DNA from: an uncultured Phycisphaerales bacterium
GTDB taxonomy: Bacteria > Planctomycetota > Phycisphaerae > Phycisphaerales > SM1A02
Assembly: GCA_938084645.1 (NCBI GenBank)
Contig: CALKEP010000001.1
Coordinates: 136,972 to 200,971, forward strand
DNA: 64,000 bases
Direction of reading: 5' to 3'
A program made the translations under genes and the position numbers. Below, in pieces: positions 48,180 through 56,933 of this stretch. The notes beneath the pieces were generated by a model. That model had not been told where the DNA came from and searched no databases. It saw nothing but the letters and a program-made list of their open reading frames with translations. Each line of letters opens with the position of its first letter. Position 1 is the first letter of the stretch.

Positions 48180-49348
48180 CGTGGTCGTCCCGGCCGATCG
48201 AGGACCGTGCGATAGACGTCCTCGAGTTCGCGGACCATCGATCGATGATCGAACGGGCCGCGGACCAGTTCACGCCCGGCGGCACCGAGCCGCGCGCCGA
48301 GGGACGGGTCGGATCGAAGGCGATCGACCGCCGCGGCGAGGGCGGCGTGATCGCCGGGGCGGACAAGCAGTCCAGTGACGTCGTCGATGCAGACTTCCGG
48401 CGCGCCGTCGAGGTCGTGGGCGACGACCGGCTTCGCGGAAAGCAGGCCCTGCACCACGGCCCGCGGAAGTCCCTCGCGGTAGCTGGGGTGGGCGAGCACG
48501 TCCATCGCGCGGATCCACTCGGGAATGCGGTCGGGTGCAACGAGGCCCGGCGCGTGCACCTGGTCGCCGAGACCGAGCTCGCGGATCCGCCCCAGAAGAC
48601 GGTCCGACCAGTAGCCGTCGCCGACCCAGAGCAGGTGCAGCGCCGGATCCTCGCGCATCTTCGAGGAAAGGGCGTCGATCAGGTCGTCGTGCCCCTTCAA
48701 TTCCGCGAGACGGGCGATGGTGCCGACGATGAAGGCGTGTTCGGGAAGGCCGAGATTCCGGCGGGCTTCGAGCATCGACGTCGAGTCGTCCAGATACGGC
48801 TCGACGACCATGCCGCTTCGCACCGTGCGGTACTGCGAGGGCCGGCCGATGCCGGCCGCGAGCGCCTGGTCACGCATCGCGTCGGCCACCGTCACGATCG
48901 CGTGGCAGCGCCGAGCCGACCATCGCTCCGCGGCGATGTACACCGCGTTCTTCGATTTCGCGAGATACGGGTGGAAGGGAAGGCCGTGGATGGTGTGGAC
49001 GACCGCGGGCACGGATTCCCGCCATGCGGCCTCACGTCCGAGGATGCCCGCCTTCGATGAATGGGTGTGCACCACGTCGGGTTGGTGTTCGCGAATGAGC
49101 CGACGGAGGTTCCGCAGGCATCGCCAGTCACGACGCGGCGAGATCTCCCGCACGAGGTCGGGCGTCTCCACCGGGATGATGCCCCCGTGAGCCTCGACCG
49201 CGGGCAGCATCGTGCCTTCCGGACCCTCGATCGGCCCGAACACCAGCAGGACCTCGTGGCCGTCGTCGGCCTGGCCGGCGCAGGAGAGCACGGTGTTCTC
49301 CTGGCTCCCCCCGAGGATCAGCCGGGTCGAGACGTGCATGATCTTCAT
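48176..49348 (-). CDS. Glycosyltransferase family 4 (GT-B, retaining)
   Basis: GGSQENT, VHTHSSKAGILGR, HTIHG, ARLAELKGH, PSYREGLPRAVVQGL. Confidence 0.92.
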   Translation of the reverse strand: MKIMHVSTRLILGGSQENTVLSCAGQADDGHEVLLVFGPIEGPEGTMLPAVEAHGGIIPVETPDLVREISPRRDWRCLRNLRRLIREHQPDVVHTHSSKAGILGREAAWRESVPAVVHTIHGLPFHPYLAKSKNAVYIAAERWSARRCHAIVTVADAMRDQALAAGIGRPSQYRTVRSGMVVEPYLDDSTSMLEARRNLGLPEHAFIVGTIARLAELKGHDDLIDALSSKMREDPALHLLWVGDGYWSDRLLGRIRELGLGDQVHAPGLVAPDRIPEWIRAMDVLAHPSYREGLPRAVVQGLLSAKPVVAHDLDGAPEVCIDDVTGLLVRPGDHAALAAAVDRLRSDPSLGARLGAAGRELVRGPFDHRSMVRELEDVYRTVLDRPGRPR

Positions 49349-50193
49349 GACTGCGGGTCCCGGAATCGCGGCTCGTTCGAGTGTGGATCGGGGTGGCGCT
49401 CCGGAAATCCGGGAGGAAGCGGCGTGTCGCCGTAGTGGATCCACCGCAGGCAGAGTCCCTGAGGGGGGAGCGTCTGGCCCGCGAGCCTGCGGTTCCTCGT
49501 CGCGAGCACCTCGTCGACACGGGCTTCGTCGATCCGGCCCCGGCCCGCTTCGAGCAGCGTGCCCGCGATGATCCGGACCATGTTGTAGAGAAACCCGCTG
49601 CCCACGACCTCGATCCGGATCCGGTCCGGTGCGATCCGGTCCACGGTGCACGCGTGGATCGTTCGCACGGTGTTGTCGCGACCGTGGTGCTTCTGCGCGA
49701 GTCCCGCGAAGTCGTGTTCACCGACGAGTCGCGCGGCCGCCCGGATCATCGGTTCGTGGTCGAGCACGAACGGGGTGCGGTAGACGACGTGGCGATCGAA
49801 GAGTGGCGGCCAGGTGCCGGGCGGTCGGGTGCATGCGATGTCGTACCGGTAGCACTTGCTTCGAGCATCCTTGATCGGATCGAAATCGTCGGCCACCACC
49901 TCGGCGTGCGTGACCTGGACGTCCTCGGGGAGCCGCGAGGTGAGGGCCATCGCGACCCGGTCGACGTCGATGGACTGCGCCGCGGTGAAGGCGGCGACCT
50001 GTCCGATCGCGTGAACGCCGGCATCGGTCCGGCTCGCGCCGGTCACCGGCGTCTCCTCCCGCACCGCCTTGAACACCGCTCGTTGCAGCACCGACTGGAC
50101 GGTCCGGAGTTCGGAGCCGTCTTCGCGGACCTGCCGCTGCCAGCCGTGGAAGGCGGTGCCGTCGTAGGCGACCTGGAGGCGATAGCGGGGCAC
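49345..50193 (-). CDS. truA: tRNA pseudouridine(38-40) synthase
   Basis: VAYDGTAFHGWQRQ, GASRTDAGVHAIGQVA, GEHDF, GSGFLYNMVRII, PPQGLCL. Start reassigned to GTG 50193. Confidence 0.95.
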   Translation of the reverse strand: MPRYRLQVAYDGTAFHGWQRQVREDGSELRTVQSVLQRAVFKAVREETPVTGASRTDAGVHAIGQVAAFTAAQSIDVDRVAMALTSRLPEDVQVTHAEVVADDFDPIKDARSKCYRYDIACTRPPGTWPPLFDRHVVYRTPFVLDHEPMIRAAARLVGEHDFAGLAQKHHGRDNTVRTIHACTVDRIAPDRIRIEVVGSGFLYNMVRIIAGTLLEAGRGRIDEARVDEVLATRNRRLAGQTLPPQGLCLRWIHYGDTPLPPGFPERHPDPHSNEPRFRDPQS

Positions 50194-50201
50194 GGGTGGC
50201 G

Positions 50202-51338
50202 TCAGTGGCCGAAGAGGTTTCGGGTCGCGAGCATGCCTTCGTCCGCGAAGTAGCTCATGGCCTCCTCGACGCTCCCGAAGATCTTCGTGGCGGTCTCGGT
50301 GATGAAGGGGCTGGGGCTCTTCTTCGGCTTCCAGACCACGTAGACCTCCTTGGTGTGCTCGAAGGCGTGATGGAGTTCGCGTTCCACGCCGCTCGAGAGA
50401 CCGGGGATACCACCGGGGAGTTCCGGGATGTACGACACGATCATGTCGGACTGGTCGACCAGCTTGAAGTCCCGCATGTAGATCTGGCCGTCGATGTCGC
50501 CCGCGATGTCGAGCACCTCCCGGGTCGGGATCCGAACCGGCTCGTCGCCCTCGCTCGCCGAGCCGAACAGATGCTGCGGGATCTCGACGAAGTCGCGGCC
50601 GTCGCGGGCCGCGGCGATCGCGGTCTCGAGCAGCAGCTTCTCGTCGACGTCGCCCGGATCGAACGCGATGAAGTGCTCGGCGATCTGGGCTCGGAACTCG
50701 TCGATCTCGGCGAGCACGTCCGGCATGTCGACCACGTGACTCATGGGGAACGACGGATAGACGCGACGCATGTCCGGCCGCGTCACCAGTCGGACGCAGG
50801 TCTCCAGCGTCGCCTCGTGACGGCCACGGCTCAGGATGTAGAAGTTGTTCCGGCACCCCATCGCCTCGGCCATCAGCTCCGTGGCGAGGATCTCCTCCTC
50901 CCGCCACACCATGCAGTCCTTGAGGGTGGCGTCGATGATGTGTTCGCGATGGAGTCGCTGGTGCACCACCTCCACGTTGTCGACGAGGCAGATGAAGAGG
51001 TCCGGAGCCAGGGCCCGGATCTGGTCGAAGTCGAATGCGCTGAAGAGGCCGTGATGCCAGCGGAACGTCGCATGGGTGTTGACGATGACGTTCCGGTGCT
51101 CCTCGATCGGGCGGGTCGCCGCGATGATGTCCTTGAACGCGGCACGACGGAGCGAATTGAGACGGCTGATGGGCAGATCGAGGATCCGCCCCGGGCGCAC
51201 GTCCGCGGCCTCCGCGTACATCATGTCGCCGACGTGGAAGGTGTCGATCTTCTCGCCCCGCTCCCCGGAGAGCGCGGTCGCGTCCTTGAGGTAGGGCTTC
51301 TTGTCCACGCCGATCTGGCCGGTGACGATGGCACGCAT
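50202..51338 (-). CDS. Fusion of an archaeal-type adenylate-kinase-like domain (degenerate P-loop) and a DNPH1/nucleoside-deoxyribosyltransferase-like domain
   Basis: N-terminal IVTGQIGVDKK, VGDMM, ILDLP..L..LRRAA, VIVNTHA, APDLFICL. C-terminal RVYPSFPM, RDFKLVDQSDMIVSY, SSGVERELHHA..KEVYVV, SPFI. Confidence 0.75.
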   Translation of the reverse strand: MRAIVTGQIGVDKKPYLKDATALSGERGEKIDTFHVGDMMYAEAADVRPGRILDLPISRLNSLRRAAFKDIIAATRPIEEHRNVIVNTHATFRWHHGLFSAFDFDQIRALAPDLFICLVDNVEVVHQRLHREHIIDATLKDCMVWREEEILATELMAEAMGCRNNFYILSRGRHEATLETCVRLVTRPDMRRVYPSFPMSHVVDMPDVLAEIDEFRAQIAEHFIAFDPGDVDEKLLLETAIAAARDGRDFVEIPQHLFGSASEGDEPVRIPTREVLDIAGDIDGQIYMRDFKLVDQSDMIVSYIPELPGGIPGLSSGVERELHHAFEHTKEVYVVWKPKKSPSPFITETATKIFGSVEEAMSYFADEGMLATRNLFGH

Positions 51339-51357
51339 GCTGGAGACTCCGAAGGGG

Positions 51358-52026
51358 TCAGGAGTTGGAGGGAGCGAACGGGGTACGGGTGGGTCGAAGC
51401 CACCGGACTCGGGCGCGCGGCGATCGGCCGCTCTTCTTTCGTCGGCTGGCGAGCCACCAGTTGGCCAGCGCCGTCAACGCGATGATTCCGGCGATGACGC
51501 CGAAGGTGGTGAAGAGGACCTTGGGAAGCGAACTTCCCGCCAGCCCTCGACCGATGAGTATTCCCGCGCCGACCTGGAGCGGGGTGGTGATCGCACAGCA
51601 GATGACCTCGACGATCGTGAAGCGCTTCCAGTTCATCCGCATGAGGGCGGCGATGGTGAGGGCGGGCGATCGGGTTCCCGGAATGAAACGGGCGATCACC
51701 AGGACGCCGGCGCCCTTCTGGTCGAACTGATGCTTCGCTTCCAGAAGTCGACGGGGATGAATGAACCTTCGAAACCACTTTCGATGGAGCAGGCGGCGGC
51801 CGAAATGCCGGCAGATGGAGAACCAGAGGAAGTCGCCACCGAGCACACCGACGTAGGCGGCGAGGAAGGTCGACCACATCGCCATCTCGCCCTGGCCGAC
51901 GAAGATCCCGGCGGGGATGTTCACGACCTCCTCGCCGATCGGAATCCCCACGCCGGAAGCGAGGAGCAGGGCGATCATGGCGATCCAGCCGTAGTCGCCG
52001 AGGAACTGGTGGACGAATTCTTCCAT
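51358..52026 (-). CDS. DedA family membrane protein
   Basis: GIPIGEEV, GVLGGDFLWF, ARFIPGTR. Confidence 0.9.
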   Translation of the reverse strand: MEEFVHQFLGDYGWIAMIALLLASGVGIPIGEEVVNIPAGIFVGQGEMAMWSTFLAAYVGVLGGDFLWFSICRHFGRRLLHRKWFRRFIHPRRLLEAKHQFDQKGAGVLVIARFIPGTRSPALTIAALMRMNWKRFTIVEVICCAITTPLQVGAGILIGRGLAGSSLPKVLFTTFGVIAGIIALTALANWWLASRRKKSGRSPRARVRWLRPTRTPFAPSNS

Positions 52027-52137
52027 GGCCTGCCGGGAGGGTGATCGGAGATCGGGATCGAGACGATCCCGGATTCGAGTCACCAAGTGTATATGCTCGA
52101 CCCCGATTCCTCCCCCAGTCCTTTCCAGAGAATCCCG

Positions 52138-53322
52138 ATGCAGACGCGATCAGGCAGGATTCGCAGGATTCTCGTCGCGACCGATTCCCTCAAGGGGACG
52201 TGCAGCGCGATCGAGGCCGCGATGGCGATCGGCGATGGGATCGCGGCCCGGATGCCCGGCGTCGAGATCGATCGCTGTCCGCTCGGGGATGGGGGCGAAG
52301 GCACGTTGGACGTCCTGGCCGCGGATCAGGCCCTCCGGCTCGAATCCCGTTCCGTGACCGGGCCGAGGCGGGATCGCCCCGTGGTCGACGCACGCTTCGG
52401 GATCTCGGAGGATCGGCGGCTGGCGGTCGTCGAGCTCGCGGAAGCGGCCGGTCTGGATCTCCTCGGCGTGGAGGATCGTGATCCTCGCTGGACCGGGACC
52501 GGCGGAGTCGGCGAGTTGCTGCTCGCCGCTCGCGCGGAACTCGAATTCGGCGCCGATGATCGTCCGATCGTCCTCCTGACGGTGGGTGGGAGTGCCACCG
52601 TCGATGGAGGCATCGGTGCGCTTTCGAGGATGGGTGTCGAGTTTCTCGCCTCCGATGAATCCCTTCCCGCGCCGCTCGTCGGTGACGATCTCGCGAAGAT
52701 CGAACGACTCGAGGTACCGGCGCAGGTTCGGTCGGCGTGGGCCGGGATCGATCTTCGCGTCGCGACCGATGTGCACAATCCACTTCTGGGGCCGATGGGC
52801 GCGGCGAGGATCTTCGGACCCCAGAAAGGCGCCGACGACGCGACGGTCGAGTTCCTCGAGCGTGGTCTCGAATCGTGGGTCGAGGTGATCGGCCGATGCG
52901 TGGGGATGGATCGAGCCATCGATTCGGCCTCGTCCCCGGGGGCCGGTGCCGCGGGCGGAATCGCCTTCGCGCTTCGGGCCCTCTTCGGAGCGCGGCTCGA
53001 ATCCGGCTTCGATCTGGTCGCGGATCGGATCGGTCTCGAGGATCGCGTGCGGGCCGCGGATCTGGTGGTGACCAGCGAAGGTCGGCTCGATGCCCAGTCC
53101 ACGATGGGCAAGGCGACCGGTCGGCTGCTCGATCTTGCGGCGATTCACGGAACACCGGTCGCCGCGATTCCCGGATCGATCGGCGATCTTCCCGACGAGG
53201 TACGGGATCGGTTCATCTGGATTCGCTCACTGGCCGACACCTGCGGCGCATCGATGGCGATGTCGGACCCGTCCGGGGCGATGACGACAACGGTACGACT
53301 CGAATTCCCCGTGCTCGAGTGA
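52138..53322 (+). CDS. Glycerate kinase (GlxK/GarK family)
   Basis: DSLKGT, DGGEGT, ELAEAAGL, GGSATVDGG, DVHNPLLG..GAARIFGPQKGA, GAGAAGG, EGRLDAQSTMGK. Confidence 0.93.
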   Translation: MQTRSGRIRRILVATDSLKGTCSAIEAAMAIGDGIAARMPGVEIDRCPLGDGGEGTLDVLAADQALRLESRSVTGPRRDRPVVDARFGISEDRRLAVVELAEAAGLDLLGVEDRDPRWTGTGGVGELLLAARAELEFGADDRPIVLLTVGGSATVDGGIGALSRMGVEFLASDESLPAPLVGDDLAKIERLEVPAQVRSAWAGIDLRVATDVHNPLLGPMGAARIFGPQKGADDATVEFLERGLESWVEVIGRCVGMDRAIDSASSPGAGAAGGIAFALRALFGARLESGFDLVADRIGLEDRVRAADLVVTSEGRLDAQSTMGKATGRLLDLAAIHGTPVAAIPGSIGDLPDEVRDRFIWIRSLADTCGASMAMSDPSGAMTTTVRLEFPVLE

Positions 53323-53332
53323 GACGCGGGTC

Positions 53333-53863
53333 TCAGCCGGTCGCCGGATCCTCGCGGCGAAGCAGCAGGACGACCGCATGAACCTCGATCGCCCGGCCCT
53401 CGCCCACGGCGTCGACCTTCTCGTGGGTCTTCCCCTTGAGGTTCACGCGGTCGGAGTCGACGCCGAGCAGGTTGGCGAGGTGAAGCCGAAGTTCCTGTTT
53501 CCGAGGTCCGATCTTCGGTCGTTCGAGAATCACGGTCGCATCGAGGTTGCCGATTTCGAAGCCCGCTTCGTCGACTCGGCGGCGGGCGGCATCGAGGAAG
53601 ATCGCGCTGTCCGCGCCGTCGTGGGCGGGATCGGTGTCGGGAAAGAGCTGTCCGATGTCCTCTTCGCCCAGGGCGCCGAGCAGGGCGTCGGTGATCGCGT
53701 GCAGGAGGGCGTCGCCGTCGGAGTGGCCCACCGGCCCCCGGTCGTGCTCGAAGGCGAGGCCGCCGAGGACGAAGCGTCTGCCCGGCCCATCCGGGGCGAT
53801 CGGTTCGAGGCGATGGAGGTCATATCCATGACCGATTCGGAAGGGGGGCGAGGGTTTCGGCAT
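53333..53863 (-). CDS. ispF: 2-C-methyl-D-erythritol 2,4-cyclodiphosphate synthase
   Basis: RIGHGYDLHRL, GHSDGDALLHAITDALLGA, DIGQLFPD. Confidence 0.96.
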   Translation of the reverse strand: MPKPSPPFRIGHGYDLHRLEPIAPDGPGRRFVLGGLAFEHDRGPVGHSDGDALLHAITDALLGALGEEDIGQLFPDTDPAHDGADSAIFLDAARRRVDEAGFEIGNLDATVILERPKIGPRKQELRLHLANLLGVDSDRVNLKGKTHEKVDAVGEGRAIEVHAVVLLLRREDPATG

Positions 53864-54097
53864 CTTGGCAGACTCTAGCAACGCCAGGGGTGGTCCGTTC
53901 GGGGCTCGTGCCGGGGCCGGGGGGCATCGCCAGAACCGGCTTGCAGGCTCGGTGAACGGGAGAATGGGTCGAATAGGTGCTCATCTCCGCCACTTGGCCG
54001 GGTCCCCTCAAGACCCGACACCGAGAGGGCCGATGACATGGACACGGAGGCGGTCCGTGCGGACCGCGCCGTTTCTGCGCTAGCCCGTGAGAATCGC

Positions 54098-54607
54098 ATG
54101 CGTCTTCGAACCCCTTGCTCGATCTACCTGCTCATGGCCGGCTTCGTCGTTCTCTCGATGGCGAGCTGCGACTCCTACAGCACGAAGGGTGGCTGGCTTC
54201 CGAGCAGCAACTCGACGTTCACCTACATCTCGACGAGCTCGAGTCCCAAGACGATCCGGATCATCGACACGCGGAACGAAGAGGCCTTCTTCACGCTTCG
54301 ACTGCCGGTCGGCAAGCAGCTGACCTTCCGGTTCCTCGACGGCAAGGGTGACGATCCCATCTACACCCCGGATCGAATGCAGTGGGAGATCTGGGACGCC
54401 CCCAAGAAGAACGGCAAGCTCTCGAACCAGCTCACGGTGCCTCCCGCGGCCGCCCGAAGCATCCGGGTCGAGATTCGACCGGTGCCGGAATGGCCCGAGG
54501 ACGACGAGCGATACCGTCTCCGCGTCGATGTCGAGGAAGACCGCCCGGATCACTGGACGCCTCAGGGCGGACCGATTCCGGACAAGTCGAGCACCTGGCC
54601 CAACTGA
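54098..54607 (+). CDS. Hypothetical lipoprotein
   Basis: Lipobox-like SMASC after a hydrophobic stretch; beta-rich body; strong coding-like codon usage. Confidence 0.72.
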   Translation: MRLRTPCSIYLLMAGFVVLSMASCDSYSTKGGWLPSSNSTFTYISTSSSPKTIRIIDTRNEEAFFTLRLPVGKQLTFRFLDGKGDDPIYTPDRMQWEIWDAPKKNGKLSNQLTVPPAAARSIRVEIRPVPEWPEDDERYRLRVDVEEDRPDHWTPQGGPIPDKSSTWPN

Positions 54608-54633
54608 CGCGACCGACGAACGACCGCACTTCG

Positions 54634-54670
54634 ACGACCGTCCGCCATCCGGCGGACGGTCGTTCGTTTC
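54634..54670 (+). terminator. Terminator-like hairpin between the convergent lipoprotein gene and murD
   Basis: 13-bp stem ACGACCGTCCGCC/GGCGGACGGTCGT followed by TCGTTTC. Confidence 0.65.
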
Positions 54671-54718
54671 CGACGGACTTCTTCTCGGCGGTCGAGAAAT
54701 GCGACACGCGATCGAGGT

Positions 54719-56068
54719 TCAGTCGAGCCGCTCCACGAGCTCGCGGAAGGTCCGGCCCCGGGCTTCGAAGTCGGTGAACTGATCCCAACTGGCGCAGCCC
54801 GGACTGAGCAGGATCACGTCGCCTTCGCACGCCGAGGCGACGGCCTCGTCGAACGCGTTCGCGAGGGTGCCGCACGCCCGGCCGCCGTGTTCGCAGATCG
54901 CCGCCTCAGTGGCTCCGATGCCGTAGAGACCGGCCAGGTCCCCGGTCCGTCGTGCGATGGACTCGAGATCCGATCCCTTGTCGTAACCCCCGGCGATGAG
55001 GTGGGTTCGCTGCGTGGATGGCATGGAATCGATGGCGAGACAGGCCGCGTCCGGCGTCGTCGACTTGGAGTCGTTGAAGAAGCGGATTCCGCGGCGTTCG
55101 CCGACGAATTCGAGTCGGTGGGGCAGACCGGGGAAGTCCTGAAGTGCCGCCGCGCAGGCACGAGCGGTACCGAGGGGATCCTCCACTCCGCCATCGACCA
55201 CCGCGAGGTGTTCGACGACGGTGGCGATCGCATCGATGGCGTTCTCGCGATTGTGTGTCCCCGGCACCGACAGTCGGAGTTCGGAAAGAACATCCGTTCG
55301 CCATGGACACCTGGCCGCGTCGACCCGGCGGGGGGCTGCACAGGCGGGTGATGCGGAGAAGATCGCCTGCTTGCTCGCGGCGTAGTGTTCGAGCGAGCGA
55401 TGCCAGTCGAGGTGGTTCGGCGCGATGTTCGTCACCAGCGCCACACCCGGCGTGAATCGATCCTCGGGGGCGCCTCCGTCGCCGGCGATCCAGTGCAGCA
55501 TGAAGCTTGAGAGTTCGAGCACCAGGGTCGAATCGGATCGGGGCGGGTCATCGAGCAGCGATCCGCCGATGTTGCCGCCGAGGCGAGATTGGAGATCCGG
55601 CCGGATCCGCAGCAGCGCGTGCTGGACCATCGCCGCGGTGGTGCTCTTGCCGGCGCTTCCGGTGATGCCGATCACGCGTTCCGCCGGGTGATCGCCGATC
55701 GCGAGCCGGATCTCGGTCAGGAGTCTTGCGCCACCCGCCCGGGCCTCCCGCAGAAACGGGTTGTCCCATGGATGGGGGACGGCGGGGTTCACCACGACGA
55801 GATCCGCGGCGGTGAAGTCCTCGACTCGGTGCGCCCCCAGTCGGAACGTCACCCCGGTCTCGGCCAGGCCGGTGATCGATCGTTCGAGTTCCTCCGCCGG
55901 TCGAAGGTCCGTCACGACAACCTCGGCGCCGAGTCTTCGAAGATGCCGAGCGACGGCTTCGCCGCCCCCGAATCGCCCGAGGCCCATGACCACCGCGCGA
56001 CGACCGGTGAGATCACCGGGGAAGGGGAGCGGATCCTCGGTTCCGCGGGCATCGGTCGGTCCGGGCAT
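54719..56068 (-). CDS. murD: UDP-N-acetylmuramoyl-L-alanine--D-glutamate ligase
   Basis: VMGLGRFGGG, GITGSAGKSTT, GGNIG, LELSSF, NHLDWH, LPHRLE, NDSKSTT, LSPGCASWDQF..FEARG. Confidence 0.93.
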   Translation of the reverse strand: MPGPTDARGTEDPLPFPGDLTGRRAVVMGLGRFGGGEAVARHLRRLGAEVVVTDLRPAEELERSITGLAETGVTFRLGAHRVEDFTAADLVVVNPAVPHPWDNPFLREARAGGARLLTEIRLAIGDHPAERVIGITGSAGKSTTAAMVQHALLRIRPDLQSRLGGNIGGSLLDDPPRSDSTLVLELSSFMLHWIAGDGGAPEDRFTPGVALVTNIAPNHLDWHRSLEHYAASKQAIFSASPACAAPRRVDAARCPWRTDVLSELRLSVPGTHNRENAIDAIATVVEHLAVVDGGVEDPLGTARACAAALQDFPGLPHRLEFVGERRGIRFFNDSKSTTPDAACLAIDSMPSTQRTHLIAGGYDKGSDLESIARRTGDLAGLYGIGATEAAICEHGGRACGTLANAFDEAVASACEGDVILLSPGCASWDQFTDFEARGRTFRELVERLD

Positions 56069-56102
56069 GGACGGAGGGTAGACGCCGTTAAACTTCGGTG
56101 CC

Positions 56103-56858
56103 ATGCCGGACACGCCGATCAACCCGTCGACCGAGCCACGCCTGCCCACCAGTCACCTGGCGATCTGGGCGTTCGTGACATCGCTGCTGCTCTGCTGCCC
56201 GCTCACCGGCCTGGTGTCGGTCTTTCTTGGTTTTCTCGCCCATCGCCGGATTGTCGCCGCCGACGGCCGGCTCGGTGGGCGTCGTCTGGCGTTGGCCGCG
56301 ATCGCGATCGGTACGGCGGGAACGGTGATCTGGCTCTTCAGCTGGGATGCGTTCGGACGTTGGTACCTCGAATCGATCGAGGACCGGATCGAGGTGACCA
56401 CCCGGGCTGCCGTGAATGATGCTGCCAACGGTGATCTCGAAGCTGCCGGCCTTTCCTTCGACGGGGCGGTCGTCCCGACCCCGGAAGACCTCGCGGCCTT
56501 CGGTACCGCCGTGGAGTCTCGGTACGGCATGCTTCTCAGCGCATCGGTCGAGAGTCCGCGGATGGGCGGCACGACGATGGTTCCCCGGATGGAGACCCGC
56601 CTGCTCTTCGAGTTCGAGCGGGGTGGACCACGCTATGGCGCCGCCGCCTACAGCCTCCGGGCCACCATGCTGGGCCAGGACGTGCTGCCTCGTCCGCGGA
56701 TCCTCTGGCTCGAGATATTCGATCCGACCGACGGCGAGCTCCGGCTGGGTGAGCCGCCCGAAGCGGCGGACGGAGCCGCTGAGGCGGAACCGGAAAGCGT
56801 CGAGCGTGGCGAGGGTGGGAACCGCAGTCGCGAAACCGACCCGGACGCCACTCGATAG
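56103..56858 (+). CDS. DUF4190-like membrane protein, paralog 1
   Basis: LAIWAFVTSLL..CP..LG..A..RI..GRLGGRRLALAAIAIG followed by a soluble domain. Confidence 0.75.
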   Translation: MPDTPINPSTEPRLPTSHLAIWAFVTSLLLCCPLTGLVSVFLGFLAHRRIVAADGRLGGRRLALAAIAIGTAGTVIWLFSWDAFGRWYLESIEDRIEVTTRAAVNDAANGDLEAAGLSFDGAVVPTPEDLAAFGTAVESRYGMLLSASVESPRMGGTTMVPRMETRLLFEFERGGPRYGAAAYSLRATMLGQDVLPRPRILWLEIFDPTDGELRLGEPPEAADGAAEAEPESVERGEGGNRSRETDPDATR

Positions 56859-56933
56859 GATGCGGAATTCTCAGTGAGGAATTCGGAAGGACGGACGGGG
56901 GGTCCGCCGGTCCAGGCCTCGATGGAGCATCGC

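Noticed and set aside
48176..49348. Calling the GT4 bshA
   Set aside because: It lacks the BshA-type N-terminal motif, so only a generic GT4 call is supported.
50194..50907. Apparent 238-aa N-terminal extension of TruA in the ORF track
   Set aside because: It overlaps the kinase/glycosidase gene in another frame and is Arg/Pro/Gly-rich noise. TruA homology begins at GTG 50193.
54616..54667. Alternative pairing ACGAACGACCG/CGGTCGTTCGT competing with the terminator hairpin
   Set aside because: It lies between convergent 3' ends with no downstream same-strand gene to regulate, so an attenuator role is unsupported.
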